From Gemmatimonadales bacterium (GTDB lineage Bacteria > Gemmatimonadota > Gemmatimonadetes > Gemmatimonadales > GWC2-71-9): a DNA stretch of 64,000 bases. The stretch is taken from assembly GCA_037189525.1 (NCBI GenBank), contig JBBCJC010000003.1:384001-448000 (forward strand), written 5' to 3'. Below the pieces are notes generated by a model. It searched no databases. It saw nothing but the letters and a program-made list of their open reading frames with translations, and was not told where the DNA came from. Position numbers and translations under genes: made by a program. Positions 63,472-64,000 of the stretch are shown piece after piece (position 1 is the first letter of the stretch; every line of letters begins with the position of its first letter).

Positions 63472-63548
63472 GAGCCCCGAAGGCGGCGCATTGAGCGCTG
63501 ATTCGAGGAGTTGCTGATTCCAGGAGTTGGAGGGGCAGGGCGGAAACG

Positions 63549-63585
63549 AACGGGGCGACCATCGCTGGTCGCCCCGTTGTGTTTT
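63549..63585. terminator. bidirectional intrinsic terminator
   Basis: 13-bp perfect stem AACGGGGCGACCA-tcgc-TGGTCGCCCCGTT with T-rich tail; between convergent genes. Confidence 0.8.
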
Positions 63586-63602
63586 CCGGACTGGCCGGTC
63601 GA

Positions 63603-64000
63603 CTACTGCATCGTCGGGAGCGCCGCCGTCGCAGCGGCCTGCTGGGCCGCCGTGCGGTAGATCTCGCCCCGGCGATCGACGATCTTGGCCGAGCTGCGCA
63701 AGGAGGCCAGGTACGACTGGACTCGGCTCCGCTGGGCCGCCTGGAGGGCCTGCTGGCGGATCACGGCCAGGTTCGACGCGAAGTCGGCCGAGTCGGCCGG
63801 GAACCGCTCGATGCCCTCGAGCAGGTACACGGCATGGTCACCCGACACCGAGTCGCCCTGGGTCGGACGGCTCAGCTGTCCCGGCTGGAGCGCGAACGCC
63901 GCCCCGATCAGGCTCGGTGAGCCGAGCGGGGCCGTGAGCCGGGCAAAGGGGCCCAATTCCTGATACTGGAGCCCGAGGGTGGCGGCCGCTGCGCTCAGCT
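63603..64000 (-). CDS. C-terminus of probable PpiD/SurA-like periplasmic chaperone; 5' truncated by window edge
   Basis: Frame open to window end; IGAAFALQPGQLSRP and YLASLRSSAKIVDRR resemble PpiD-like C-termini. Confidence 0.65.
   Translation of the reverse strand, partial: LSAAAATLGLQYQELGPFARLTAPLGSPSLIGAAFALQPGQLSRPTQGDSVSGDHAVYLLEGIERFPADSADFASNLAVIRQQALQAAQRSRVQSYLASLRSSAKIVDRRGEIYRTAAQQAAATAALPTMQ

Overview
A GC-rich, gene-dense chromosomal window that is mostly housekeeping and mostly on the + strand. Gene content and protein style suggest a diderm of the Gemmatimonadota (inference). It holds metabolic and redox genes (2-oxoacid dehydrogenase E2 end, trxB, aspA/fumC-type lyase, Rrf2-moeZ), tRNA-Leu(CAG), smpB, an amidase, pyrD/pyrF, a free-standing rpmJ-rpsM-rpsK-rpoA-rplQ operon without rpsD, and rpmB. 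A nucleotide-sugar cluster follows (gmd-rmd-carB-murB-wbpD/E/B/A-ugd-uxs), then bamD-nadD-secA, radC-rel-EVE-uvrB-tsaE-tsaB-rimI-ssb, a LysM protein, a full tol-pal operon, TPR proteins, a polyprenyl synthase and tatA. I see no integrase, transposase or CRISPR array. Standout observations: (1) a single 1177-aa ORF fuses a complete TatC to an LptD-like outer-membrane protein through what looks like an internal cleavable signal peptide, i.e. a candidate inner/outer-membrane polyprotein; (2) a sigma54-type promoter precedes a lipoprotein + TPR-only + TPR-HD-GYP module whose two TPR arrays are paralogous, a candidate ligand-sensing c-di-GMP circuit; (3) Pho-box-like 11-bp-periodic GTCAC repeats lie on both strands between divergent PAP2 and GT4 genes, a candidate phosphate-starvation lipid-remodelling pair; (4) a structured, terminator-containing spacer sits inside the sugar operon.
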